Below are positions 11,390 through 23,489 of a stretch of DNA of 64,000 bases, one piece after another. The stretch comes from Heterodontus francisci (taxonomy: Eukaryota). The notes below the pieces were generated by a model. The model did no database searches. It was not told the origin of the DNA and was given only the letters and a program-made list of their open reading frames with translations. A program made the position numbers and the translations under genes. Positions within the stretch are counted from its first letter, which is position 1. Every line of letters begins with the position of its first letter. The DNA lies in assembly GCF_036365525.1 (NCBI RefSeq), contig NC_090379.1:111019350-111083349 (forward strand). Direction: 5' to 3'.

Positions 11390-12815
11390 ACATCCCCCTG
11401 CACCTCTTACCCAAAACCTTCAAGCTGTGGCTCCTAGTTCTTGTAATATCAGTTAATGAGAACAGTTTTTTCCTTGTCTACCTTATCTAAACCTGTCATA
11501 ATTTAGTACATACGATCAAATCTCCCCTCAATCACCTTTGCTGCAGGGAGAACAACCCTAACTTTTCCGACTTAACCTTGAAACTAAACTTTCCCATCCC
11601 TGGAACCATTCTAGTAAATCTTCTCTGCACCCTCTCAAGGACCCTCACATTTTTTCTAAAGTGTGGTGACCAGAACTGGATGCAATACTCTAGCTGTAGC
11701 CTATCCAGAGCTTTTGTACTCTATGCCTCTATTTATGAAGCCCAAGGCCCCAACTGCTTTGTTATTTCACTATGTCCTGCATTCTTCAAAGATCTATGCA
11801 CCTGAACCCCCAGGTCCCTCTGTTCCAGCACACACTTTAGAACTACACCATTAAGTCTATATTGCCTGACCTTATCTCTTCTTCCAAAATGCATCACATC
11901 ACACTTTTCTGTATGAAATTCCACCTGCCACTTGTCTGCTCATTCTGCTAGCCTATCTATGTCCTGTTGCAGGCAGTCTATATCATCCTCATTGTTTTCC
12001 CCTCATCCAAGTTTGGTATCATCAGCAAATTTTGAAATTCTGCTCCAATTTCCAAGATCCAAGTCATTTATAGATAGCATATAAGCAGTGGTCCTAGCAC
12101 TGAACCTTGGGGAACTCCACTGTCTACCATCCTCCAGTCTGAAAAACAACCATTTGCCATGACTCACTGCTTTCTGCTGTTAAGCCAATTTTTTTTTATC
12201 CAAATGGACACTAACCCTCCTATTTCATGAGCCTCAATTTTGTTAACCAATATTTCATGTGATACTTCATCCAACACTTTCTTAAAATCCATATAGACAA
12301 TATCCACCACATTCCCTTCACCAACCTTCTCTGTTAATCCATCAAAAAATTTAATTAGATCAGTCAAGCATGATCTGCCTTTTACAAATTCGTGCTGGCT
12401 TTTCTTAATTAACGCAAACCTCTCCAAGTGCCTGCTGATTTTTTCCCTTGATTATTGTTTCTCAAACCTTACCCATCACTGATGTTAAACTAACTGGCCT
12501 GGAGTTGCTATGACTGTCGTTACACACTTTCTTGAATAAGGGTGTCACATTTGCCAATCCTCAATCCTCTGACACCTCCCCCATATCTGGAGAAGATTTG
12601 AAGATTATGGCAAGCCCTTCCACTATCACAGCCCGCAACCTGGGATGCAAGCCATCCGGTCAGGTGACTTATCTACACTAAGCATGGCCAGTCTTTCCAC
12701 TACGTCCTCACTCTCAATTTGTAGCCTATCCCTTGCCGCTATTCTCTCCACTTCTACCAATATTTTGTAAAATTCCTCTTCCTTAGTGAACACTGATACA
12801 AAGTACTCATAAATC
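11390..12815 (-). mobile_element. Old degenerate CR1 LINE ORF2 fragment
   Basis: Short ORFs with KCDVMHFGR, GRSCLTDLIKFF, VYMDFKK and YFVSVFTKEE. Confidence 0.85.
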
Positions 12816-12979
12816 AAATGGGATATGGAAATATGTGTTCACATATATTTTCAACTTTCCCCAGCGTTAATAGCTGGCTTATTCTGAGGCAAATTTGCTA
12901 AAGACAAAGTTCATTCTAAACTGCTGATCCCCACCTGCAACAATTATGTTACACGAAGAAAGGAAATTCGTACTGATAA

Positions 12980-13330
12980 TTATCCCAATAATAACAGCGA
13001 TACTACTAATTCAAATAATAATAGTACTGGTAATAATAAAGTGATTCAGTTTAATACCATGAATTTGCTAATAATCCTACTAAAATCTGTTACTTTTAAT
13101 ATTAATTCTAACACTACTAATGCAATGAATCCTCCAAATAATGCTAATAATTAAACTATGTATTTAAAACCTGTCCCCAACTATGCTGACGCTATTGATA
13201 TTTCCTAGGAATACTACGAATTAATTTTTTTAATCCTAAATTTAGTAAAACTGGTGTTTCTAACGGTAAAAAATAATAAAACTATTAATTCTATAGTGAT
13301 ATATTAATGTTACAACTAACAATAATTATT
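12980..13330. repeat. AT-rich (TAA/TAC) low-complexity tract, paralogous to 62250-62480
   Basis: Degenerate taataa/tactac repeats; both flanks align with the copy C region. Confidence 0.6.
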
Positions 13331-13492
13331 TCATGGGGACTGTGGACTCCCAGATGTCTTATCTCTATCATTCGCAGTAATGGTTTGGCAAACGGTTCTT
13401 ATGAAGCATTCCTAAGGTACAGCAGCGCAAGAGAAACGCTCACAAAAGAGTCATTGGAAATTAAGCAACAATGAGCAAGACGTAAAACTTAC

Positions 13493-13620
13493 TTAAAGAT
13501 ACCTCACTGTCCCGCAACGCTCTTTAACTTTCTTTGTTTCAGCCCTCGCCCCTCAAGAAACTGACCAAAAGTGCACTACAACAGCACACGGTGAACTCGT
13601 GTTCCTGTTTTTGCCTGTGA
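13493..13620 (-). other. Probable non-coding first exon of copy A (5' boundary approximate)
   Basis: Donor ttaa|gtaagt at 13487-13492 aligns with ttaa|gtgagt of copy C at 62645-62650; no ATG; lies just downstream of a conserved promoter-like block. Confidence 0.55.
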
Positions 13621-13690
13621 AAATCTCGTCAGAGTTTTTTAAAAAAGTCAGCTTTTTATCGCAAGATGACAGCTGTTAGCCAATAAGAAA
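13621..13690 (-). promoter_or_regulatory. Putative core promoter of copy A (inverted CCAAT box, CANNTG box, AT-rich element)
   Basis: ttatcgcaagatgacagctgttagccaat (13656-13684) matches 62805-62833 at 26/29 positions. Confidence 0.5.
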
Positions 13691-14030
13691 AAAAAGAGTG
13701 AACTCGAAGCGCTGACAGAACAGTTTTGTGTGATTTTTTTTTAGTGGGGTGGGGTTGTATTTATACTCCTCAACTAAATCCGTACAACTAACGCACGATT
13801 AGTGACCGAGTAACTAGTCAGTTCGGGCCCCTGCCAGTAAAAAGGCTTCTGCTCGAGGTAACCCGTGCTTTGACTTTCCTTTCACAATTTTCGAAAACGT
13901 TTCAAGCTTCCATCGGCTATACTAGTGACTTGCTATTAAATCCAAGTCCCACCGCTCTCTAATAATGTCAAAATATTTTAATTGCAGTTGTTACCCCAGG
14001 ACTTTTCTCACCCTGCAAAGTCACATGTTA

Positions 14031-14446
14031 GACTCGCCTTTGTTAACTTTATATTCATTCACGTGTTCATCCTCTCATAATAAAGCAGAGAAAGTTAAGA
14101 AATTTGATAGAGATGTTCACAATCATTTCTGCTTCAATAGGGCAAATAAAGAGAAATTGTGTCCGCTGGCAGAAGGGTCGGTAGCCAGATTGCCAAAAGA
14201 ACGAGAGTAGATACGAGAATTCTTTTTTAACAAAGCGATTTGGAATGCGTTAACTGAAAAGATGGTGGAAGCAGATTCAATGGTAAAATTTAAAAGATAA
14301 CAGGATAAGTAAGTGAATGGGCAAAGTACAGGACTATGGAAAAAAGAAGGGGAGTGGGATTAATTGGTGAGCTCTACCAAATACCGACATAGACAAGAGG
14401 GGCCGAATCGCCTCCTTCTCTACTGTATCTTTCTATTCTTATGTTA
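14031..14446 (+). mobile_element. Insertion containing a CR1 3' fragment in the upstream region of copy A
   Basis: CR1 3'UTR-like end (gggccgaatcgcctccttc...ttctattcttatg); absent at the aligned site of copy C (~63185); ATGTTA at 14025-14030 and 14441-14446. Confidence 0.7.
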
Positions 14447-14859
14447 AGATAACTCCTGTTGTCATCAATCCCCTGATTAGATAAATGAATGAGTTACAAC
14501 GAAACAGAAATCATTAACGTTTCAATGTTTTGTTTATTTTAAATACACATGGTGGACAAGTGCTTATTGATGACAGTTTTGTGGGAGTGGTTCGAAGAGG
14601 TTAACGTGTCCCTTTGTATAACAGAGCTGATTCGAGAAACAGTTTAAATTGAAATACATTTGAGTTTAATGGGAAGTGCACCGAGCTGAGTAGCTCCATA
14701 ATCCTTATATTTGACACAATATATTTTATATCCAACCTAGCATTTGCTTAGCTTTCTTCCAGAAATCTAGAAATAACTTGTCTGTTTGCTCTCTCACTGG
14801 GAATAAAGCAACGTGAGAATTCGGACCCTTCATCTTACCAAGTGATTTCCTCGATTCGC

Positions 14860-15165
14860 CTTACAATATATTGAAGAAGCACAAGTGGAAATGAGCTATC
14901 CAGTTCAGATCACTAGGGAATGTTATTGTTGTTTATCTGGGTTATACTATTTTACAGATCAATATGGGCAGTGGGGGTGTTCACTCATAAAGTGATGTTA
15001 ATCGCTCCTGCAAGTAGACTAAGCATCTTAAATACAGCAGTAATCCCCTAATGCTCGATATATAAATGTAAGATAGTATTACCTAAATGCGTAATAATAA
15101 CCCAAGCGATCTGAACTGGATATCCCTCACTTTCACATTTGTGCTTCTTTAATCCCTGCAAAGGT
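14860..15165. repeat. Imperfect ~300-bp palindrome (old hairpin element/MITE)
   Basis: Arms ttgaagaagcacaa...tatccagttcagatcactaggg and cccaagcgatctgaactggata...ttgtgcttctttaa; pairing continues to a centre near 15010. Confidence 0.75.
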
Positions 15166-15629
15166 CGACGTTTGTAATTACTTAGTTTACATTAATTACT
15201 TAGTTGAATGAATTCACATAGTCGTGATGCAATAATACAAAATAATGAAAGCATCACACTTTCCCCATATCGCTGGGTCATCTTCACTTCATCAAATTAA
15301 CTCCTGCATACTCCCTGGCGTTTTGATTTTCTCGAAGGCTTTGTTCGGCGTGGCTGTGTTTGTCGTCTTTTCTTTGAATCCCAACTCTCCTCTTACCTTA
15401 CTGAATTTGACAGTCCACATATTTTAAAAAATAGAAACGAGTGGTTGTCTGTATCTCTGTCGCAGCTTTATATTCTCAGGTGAAAGCAATCAGTGACTTC
15501 CCAATAGAATGTATGTGCTCCGCTTATGGATTGCTGAGACAGGCTAGTGATTCACATGTTTTACAGTCTGTGGAGAAACAGCATCAAAACTTGTTTATTT
15601 GCATTTTTATCACCTGCAATCTCAATGCT

Positions 15630-15850
15630 TTAGCCCATCGAGCCTGCTCCGCCATTCAAAACGACCATGGCTTTCAACTCCACTTTCCGACCTGCTCACC
15701 ATATCCTTTGATTCCCTGAGAGACCAAAAATCTATCTATACCAGTCTTAAATGTATTCAACGACGGAGCATCCACAACCCTCTGGGGTAGAGAATTCTGA
15801 AGATTCACAATCCTTTGAGTGACGGAATTTCTCCTCATCTCAGTTCTAAC
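15630..15850 (-). mobile_element. CR1 3' fragment
   Basis: agcccatcgagcctgctccgccattcaa...ctctggggtagagaatt, typical of CR1 3' ends elsewhere in the window. Confidence 0.65.
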
Positions 15851-16219
15851 AAGAAATTGTATTAATACGCCATGCTTTAAATTATAACATGCAAGTGTAG
15901 CTCTTTTCCGAATTCGTTATGGGAAAGTGTGTGTGGGAGGAGGGGTGGTGGGGGTAGCCGAAACATGAGCTTTCATTCAGGATTAATATAGGAACCCTCT
16001 TGCAAATTGATCATCTGCAAAATGGCACGATTTCATGCTGTTATTTAACAGGCAAGAGATACAGGAACAAGTAAGGGAAGGGAAATTAATTTCACGAATT
16101 GTTCAAGATTATTGGAACTGGACCGGCCGAATGGCCTCCTTCTGTGCTGTAACCAGTTTAAGTGAGAGGAGTGTGAGTCGCACAGCCTCGGGGTAAGGGA
16201 GTGATTGTTTAGCACAGAG

Positions 16220-16480
16220 ATGAGGAAAAATTTCTTAACTTAGACTTTCCAAAGACAACTCTTTAGAATTGACTACCTCAGCGAGTTGTGGGTGCTCGAT
16301 AGTTGAGTGTATTCAAGACTGAGATGGTTAGAGTTTTGATCTCTTGGAGTATCAAGGGGTATGGGGAGCGGGCGGGAAAGTCAAGTTGAGGTAGAAGATC
16401 AGCCATGATCGTATTGAATGGCGGAGCAAGCTCGAGAGGCCGAATGGTCTACTCCTGCTCCTATTTCGTATGTTCTTATG
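16220..16480 (+). mobile_element. CR1 3' fragment
   Basis: gaatggcggagcaagctcgagaggccgaatggtctactcctgctcctatttcgtatgttcttatg tail. Confidence 0.7.
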
Positions 16481-18208
16481 TAAAAGGGAGACCATAAGGT
16501 CAGAATATAGGAGGCTTGGAATTGTCCTGTAGTCCACCAGTCACTAGACTTTAGGAAGGGTGCGGGCGCATATTAGTGGAGATCTATGCCTTTCTGTTTG
16601 GTTAAACATTGCTTCCTCTCATTCTTCCAGCTGCTGTGTGTGCATCACGTTTGGAGCAAGATAATCTTCATCGATTTTGAGGGTACACCCTCAGCGCCGG
16701 AAAGCAGAATGCTGATTCGGTGGAAATGACACATTTAGTACTGAGGGATTATCGCTTTCGGCACTCCTTAATTGTACCTGGGAGAGGGGCGGGGCTACAA
16801 AAATAATGCCAACAAGCATACTTCCAAAGAATAGCGTTTTGAGCCAGGTGACTAATCCAGAGAACGAAATAATCAACTAGCTCCTTATCATGCGGGGTCC
16901 CCTGCTGATCTTCAATAATAATCATACTTGAGTTATTTCACATTGTCAGTTTCCTGAACAAATGACGTGACTTATCCGAGAAAGAGACTGAAATATTAGT
17001 TGCAAATCGACAACATGCTTCGTTATTTGTACGTTGTCATTTTGTGAATGACGCAGAGACATTGCGTAGTCTTCACAATGAGGTTACTAAGTATTTTTAT
17101 CATCGGTAGATGTTCTGTGCATTCAGCACTTGATGTTTGCGGTTCGAAGGTTCCTAATAGCATGTGTCCGATTTGTTCTTGGTCAGTGAACTGTTCACTA
17201 TTGATTTACCAACTCTGCCTCCCTCGGAATAAGGCAACATTTGTGCTCGTTTTGTTCTCTGTAACGGCACACCCCAGTCATTAACCGTGGCTGTGATGTC
17301 TGTTACATTATTCCGAAATGTTCGGATATGACAACTTATCTTTGGTCGCCAGTAACAATAGGGATGAAGTCATCAGCAGTAAACAGTCCCATATTAGAGT
17401 CTGATCCAGAGAGAAGTCTCACGCTGCGGACTTTGTGAAATGTGATTTTCCGCGAGGGTTCACCTGCAAATCCATGGAAATTCATCTTACTATGTTCATC
17501 AAATCAGTCACTTTCTGGCGTTCAGTCGGTTCTGCCAGATGAATAAATCTGTGGTCTAACAGCCTTCACAATTGGGTTTATTTCCCTGAAGTGGCTGCAA
17601 AAAGAAATAAATCCTTTTTTTCCAATTGCAAAAGGTGGAATAGAATTTAAGGCGGAATTAACGTCGTTTCAGACTGTAGTTGTCCTGAGGTACGAATTTG
17701 AGACTTAAATTGGAACATACTGAACCCTAAAGAACTGACACAAGTCTTCCTTGTATTTTCCAATCAGTACATTTGAGATCTCTCCCTCAAGTCTTCAAAG
17801 TAATAATATAATTTTTGGAACCATCCAGCACATATCCTATTAGTTCACCCATTATTTCAATCTAAGTGAAGTCTTCAAAAATACAGTAAAGTTAATTAAG
17901 ATCCAAGTTTATCTCGTATGATGCCTTCCAACATGTCGCTAAAGTAGGACACCAAATCGGATATATAACCACAAACACCGCTTGATAAAGGATGGTTCAG
18001 TAAATTTCCTATCTGCTGTTACAGGGATCCTGGAGTTCGAATACAAATCATAGTTAAAATCACACATGTAGCCATTTTCTCCCAAAACTTCCAGCTTCAC
18101 TGTGTTGGACACATGTGGCACTAAGTCGGAAGTGTTATGGAAATCTATAAGGACAATGGAATATGTCTAAGCGTTATCGTGCTCTGCAAATCGGATTTAA
18201 TCCATAAT

Positions 18209-18513
18209 GGGGGCGGTACAGTGGCGCAATGGTTAGCACCGCAGCCTCACAGCTCCAACGACCCGGGTTCCGTTCTGGGTACTGCCTGTGCGGAGATTGC
18301 AAGTTCTCTCTTTGACCGCGTGGGTTTCCGCCAGGTGCTCCGGTTTCCTCCCACAGCCAAATACTTGCAGGTTGATAGGTAAATTGGCCGTTGTAAATTG
18401 CTCCTAGTATAGGTAGGTGGTAGGAGAATTCAGGGAAGGTGGGGATGTGGTAGGGAATATGCGATTAATGTAGGATTAGGATAAATGGGTGCTGTATCTC
18501 CCTATGACTCTAT
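18209..18513 (+). mobile_element. HE1-type tRNA-derived V-SINE with an internal 3' deletion
   Basis: A-box tggcgcaatggttagc, B-box-like gggttccgttc, V-domain gggtttccgccaggtgctccggtttcctccc, ctatga tail. Confidence 0.85.
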
Positions 18514-18792
18514 AACGTGTCCTATATATTCATAAGAGTGAAAGTTCGCCCAATAATTTCGGGTTACTTCAGTTTCCATGGGTATCTGCTATACTTGCCA
18601 CAATACCCTTAAGATTCAGTAACATGAACAAGATTCCAGTAGTAAAGTATAGAAAGTCAGTATAAATACCCCCTATACCTGCAGATCTACCTCTAGGTGG
18701 ACAATGCAGTATTATGCCCAGTCTTCTCACTGAACTCGTTTATTAAGGCTTTCGAGCTCTGCAGCAAACTCCACCTGTAAGTTTCAGGTGGC

Positions 18793-19514
18793 TGTTACCC
18801 GTTTAGAGGTGAGACAGAGAATACCCAACCTATCTCACCTTGGGATCCTTGACCAAGATAGACCTACAAGGTACTGACTCAAGTCAGAGTGTTTATTAGG
18901 CTTAACTACGATATACAAAAGTAATACTTAACAATGGCAATAGGTATGCAGCAACACTCAGCACTGGTTCTTACTTCTGAACTTGCTGGGGCACAGACCA
19001 CTCTCCTTCTCTTGCTGTGTTCTGTTTACCGTGGTCTATATTTTCCATCTAAGTGTGCCGACGATGTTCTGTTAACTCGTCTTTAAGTGTGCCACTGAGG
19101 TCCCAAACTCTCCTCTTTTTATTCCTCTTAGGGATCTCTGTCTTATCGTTTTAGACCATGATCTATTTCAGCCAACATGATTGGATTAAGACTACGTCAT
19201 TGTTTGCTCCTAGTCTCATGATGGCTTAGCACATAGACCCTCACTGAAGGTTCCTGTTTTTAACCCTTGCCGGATACCTAAAGTTCCCTTTTCTTCTGCG
19301 ATAGCTCTTTTCCCGCAGCTTTATGGTTTAAACAATTAGACTCCTTGACTTTTTTTATCCTTGTTCTTACATAAATCAAGAAAAACATGTTTTCTAGACT
19401 GTACAAATGTCATTCAACATTAAACAGCTATACATTGACCTACTTCAGTCAAGGCTGTCCATCATGCCTTGCAGTCAGGCCTTGACGCTAGTTTCTTGCA
19501 GAAATAGCGTTACA
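18793..19514 (-). mobile_element. Possible solo LTR
   Basis: TGTTAC...GTTACA termini; on - strand CCAAT (~19180), ATAAAAAG (~19120) and AATAAA (~18895) occur in LTR order; TSD not clean. Confidence 0.4.
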
Positions 19515-20279
19515 ACGCTCTTCATAAAAGTAAGCCATGAAAATGCTCTAATCGCTACACACTTGTTTCAGCTTCACGCAGATACGCTCTTATTGCAACC
19601 TGCTGGATCGAGATACCTTTTAGGTATAGTGAGTATCATAGATCATAAGCGAGAATCCGTCTTGTCAGTTTTTGACACTTACCTTAGTGTTGACATATTT
19701 TTGGCATACTTATTGTTTCATATTTTCCACTATAAATATCAACGTCTACGTTTATCATGGATACAAACTCAAAAGTCTGATTGTGCATCTGGGTTAGGCA
19801 CTGTGTTCTCGTGAATCAGTCAAAATACTTCCATAATTTTCTTCATGTGCAACCTTTAGCTCAGTAACTCAAATTTATAATGTCCGAAAAAGTTTTTTTT
19901 AATGAATAGGAGTTACATATACCAGAATGACCTCCTTAGCATCGTCCATTTCTGCACCTGCTTCAGTCTTGGCTATGCCTTCACTGAGGAACTCTAGTTG
20001 TGGATTGAAAATAGTCACATCATGGAACAAACCTGCAGATGGTTGTATGAAGCAAGGAAAATACTCACCAAGCCTGAATCGGGCATTCCTTTGCTGTTTT
20101 ATTGATAAGTCCTTTGCAGTATAACATCATTGACTATCAAGGAGACATATCTGATATAAAAACCAGTTTGCTCAGATGTCGGGCTGCACTGTTCCTGGCT
20201 TAGTTAAAGTTTCAACTTGTAAAGAGCACAGGAAAACTTACTCTAGCCATGACCGTTCATTTGGTAACGTGTACAAAAT

Positions 20280-21270
20280 CTGACACTGAGCCAGATAAGG
20301 AAATATTAGGACAGGTGTCCAAAAACTTTGTCTGGGGTAGATTTTAAGGGGCGTCTTAAAGAAGGAGCGAAAGGCGAAGATCTTAGGAAGGGAATTCCAG
20401 AGATTAGGGCCCAGGCAGCTGAGGACATGGTGGGCAATTAAATTCGGATAAGCACAAGAAGGCAGAATTGTAATAATGCAGAGTTTCAGAGGTTTATTGG
20501 GCTGGAGCAGTTTTCAGCGATAGGGAGGGGGTGAAGCGGTGAAGGGATTTGAACACAGGGATAAGAATTTTTAAATTGAGGCATTATTGGACCAGAAACC
20601 AATGTAGGTCGGTGAGCACAGTGGTGATGGATGAACTGGACTTGATACAAGTTAGGACATGGGCAACAGAATTTTGGATGAGCTTGGGTCCACGGAGAGT
20701 GAAAGATGGGAGGCTGGCTAGGAGAGTATTGGAATAGTCTAATAGTAACAAAAGGCATGGATGAGTGTTTCAGCAGCAGATGAGCTGAGGCGGGGGTGAA
20801 GCCAGGCACTGATACAGAGGTGGAAGTAGGCGTCTTGTTGATGGAACAGATATGGGATTGGAAGATCGTCTCAGGGTCAAATAGGATGCCAAGTTTGCAG
20901 ACGGTCCAGTTCAGCCTCAGACAATGGCCAGGAAGAGGAATGGAGTTTATAGCTAGGGAACAGGCTTCATTGAGGAATCAATGACTCAATCTTCCTCAGT
21001 AGTGTACAAATGAAAGCGAGCGTTGTAGATATCTGGCATAGAAAATATCACCAAGGGGCAGCAACTAGGTGAGAAACAAGAGGAGGCAATAAATGATGCT
21101 TGGGAGACTACAGAGGTGTTTGTGTGGTAGAGGGAGGAGAAGCAATGCATAAAATTCTCTGGCTACCACCGGATAGATAGGAATGGAACCAGACGAGAGC
21201 AGTTCCACCTAACTGGAGGACAGAGGAGAGGCGTTGGAGGAAGATTGTGTGTCAACCGTGTCAAAGGCTG
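20280..21270 (-). mobile_element. Degenerate L2-clade LINE fragment
   Basis: Homologous in reverse to the L2-like element at 43800-45400 (cattggctcccggtcc, ttaaaattctt, catctgctgctgaaa). Confidence 0.65.
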
Positions 21271-21359
21271 AATTTCCTAGCTGCTTCACACTTGGGATTT
21301 AGTTCAGAGCTACACTTAACTCAATAGTCTTCGTTTTAATAGGAATTAGATCGAGATCC

Positions 21360-21451
21360 ATGGCTTGGCCATGTGAGCCGCATGGAAGATGGCAGGATCC
21401 CCAAAGACACATTGTACAGCGAGCTCGCCACTGGTATCAGACCCACCGGCC
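21360..21451 (+). mobile_element. Internal fragment of an RTE-clade LINE
   Basis: Encodes WLGHVSRMEDGRIPKDTLYSELATGIRPTG, the characteristic RTE C-terminal motif. Confidence 0.75.
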
Positions 21452-21528
21452 TCCAAATAACTGAAGATCCTAACCACTGGGACCAGCCAGGTAAACCTCC
21501 TCTGTACTGTCTTCAAGGCCAACACATA

Positions 21529-22341
21529 GGGCTGGATTTTACCTGCTCCGCGAGCTCCAAAAAAGACACGGCGCACGCGCAAGATATGTGGCGCGGAGCA
21601 GGCGTGATATTTCGCACAGCGGCTCATTCACATGGAGTGGGCGGACTTACCACCCCCAATGACATAGAGGGGATGGGAGGTCCGCCCCCGGCAATGGTGT
21701 CTGGCGCCACCGCGCAGGCACCAGCGCCATTTTTAAAGGGCATTAAGCCCTTACAGGTAATTTGATTTTTTAAAGCGAAATGGAGGGAGCATTTACATTT
21801 GTAAATTTAATAATATCGAAGTTCCTTAATTTATTGCCATTTCCACACAAAAAAGTCACCCAACCCAAACTCCCCTCCCCTCCCCCGAACATTATTTCCT
21901 TTCCCCTTCAACCCATTCCCACCATCCCCTCAGCCAATAGTAGGAGTTTTCCCCACTCCCCACCTCCCGCCCTGAAAATTTCACTCTTCACCCCCCCGCC
22001 CCTCCCCCCCACCCTCCCCACCAGTGTTACACCTAAGATCTCTGAATGAAAATCCAAAGGCACGGGACCTCCGGGCCAAAATATCGGCGTGAGATGGCCG
22101 TCACGATGAGGTAAGTAATTATTCATTAATTTCCCTATATCTGGATATTTAAATTAAGTGTCAGTCGCTGAGCGGCGGGGGGGACGCCCAGAGGGTTCGC
22201 CGCCGCCGATAAAATTGGGCGGGGACTTCCGTGTAGGATTGTGGCGGGCCTCTCCCGGAAGTATTTTCTGCGCCCCCAGTACCAATCCCACCCCCACCCC
22301 ACCACGACCCCCCTCGTCGGGAGGCTGGTAAAATACAGTCC
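21529..22341. mobile_element. Harbinger-type MITE inserted in a CR1 remnant
   Basis: TIRs gggctggattttacc / ggtaaaatacagtcc; 3-bp ATA on both sides; CR1-like sequence continues across it. Confidence 0.7.
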
Positions 22342-23489
22342 ATACTTCCTCAAGTTTGGTGGAGAGAATTGTACATCAAACTCCAGCTGAATCCTAACAA
22401 ATGATGCATGACTTTCTTGTGTTCAATTTCCCTGTTTAAAAAGAGTTTCCATACGCTTTCTTAATTGTGTTATCATCTTGCTCTCCATGTTGTTCCTCCC
22501 AAAGCACATCACTCCACACTTAAGCGCATTAAACAGCAACTGCCACGTATCTGCCCATTTTCCCAATCTATGTCCTCCTGAAGTCAGCTCTTATTCTCCT
22601 CATCATTTGCTACATTGCCAAATTTTGTATCACATGCGAATTTCGAAATTGTACTCCTTACGCACAAGTCCGGGTCATTTATTATAAAGCTAGAAAAGCA
22701 ATGGTTCTAATACCGATCCCTGGGGACCTCACTGCATGCGTTAGTCAGAAAAACATCCGTTCACCACAACGCCCTGTCTCCTATTCCTTTGCTAATTCAG
22801 CTCCCAAAATAGCACCATCACTTTAATTCACATCATTTCCATGCACTTCTATTTTCTGAATAACTCTATGACGTGCTGCTTTTTCATATTCATTTTGAAT
22901 ATCCAGATATACAACATCTATTGCACGCTTTCGTCGAACCTTTCTGGTATTTCGTCAAATGTAATCGTTTATTCAAGAACACAAAGTTCTTTATTTTGTT
23001 TTGTTATCGCAGATAAAAATGTACCGCTGCATTATCTTTAACGAAAAGAGCTTTGGTCTGGTATGTGTAATGATACTTTGCATTCGACGTCATATTATTT
23101 ATGCATGCAATGTTTTGTAGCACTAACAAAGCAAATTCGCTCTCAACTGTTCACTCTGTCTTCTTCCCTGCTCCTTTCGCTCTCTGCTTCATTCTTAGTT
23201 ACTGATATCTACTTGTTACCATTAACCAGTGGTGCTGTTTATCATCTGGCCTATTAAAATTGTGATGTCATATAGCGTAGAATATACAACATGCTACCTG
23301 TCCCAGTGTCCAGTACAGTCCGAACATGTGAGCTGCTGTTTCAAGATCACAGAATCACAGAATCTTTACAGTGCAGAAGGAGGCCATTCGGTCCATCGTG
23401 TCCGCACTGGCTCTCAGTAAGTACAATTCCCTCAGTTCCATTCCCCCACCTTCTCCCTGTAACCCTGCACATTCTTTCTGTTCATATAA

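Noticed and set aside
19899-20130. ~77-codon open stretch on the - strand with splice-like ctgcag/gtatat sites and a GLFHD motif
   Set aside because: No recognisable homology and no start codon; the apparent donor-acceptor pair would give a ~37-nt intron
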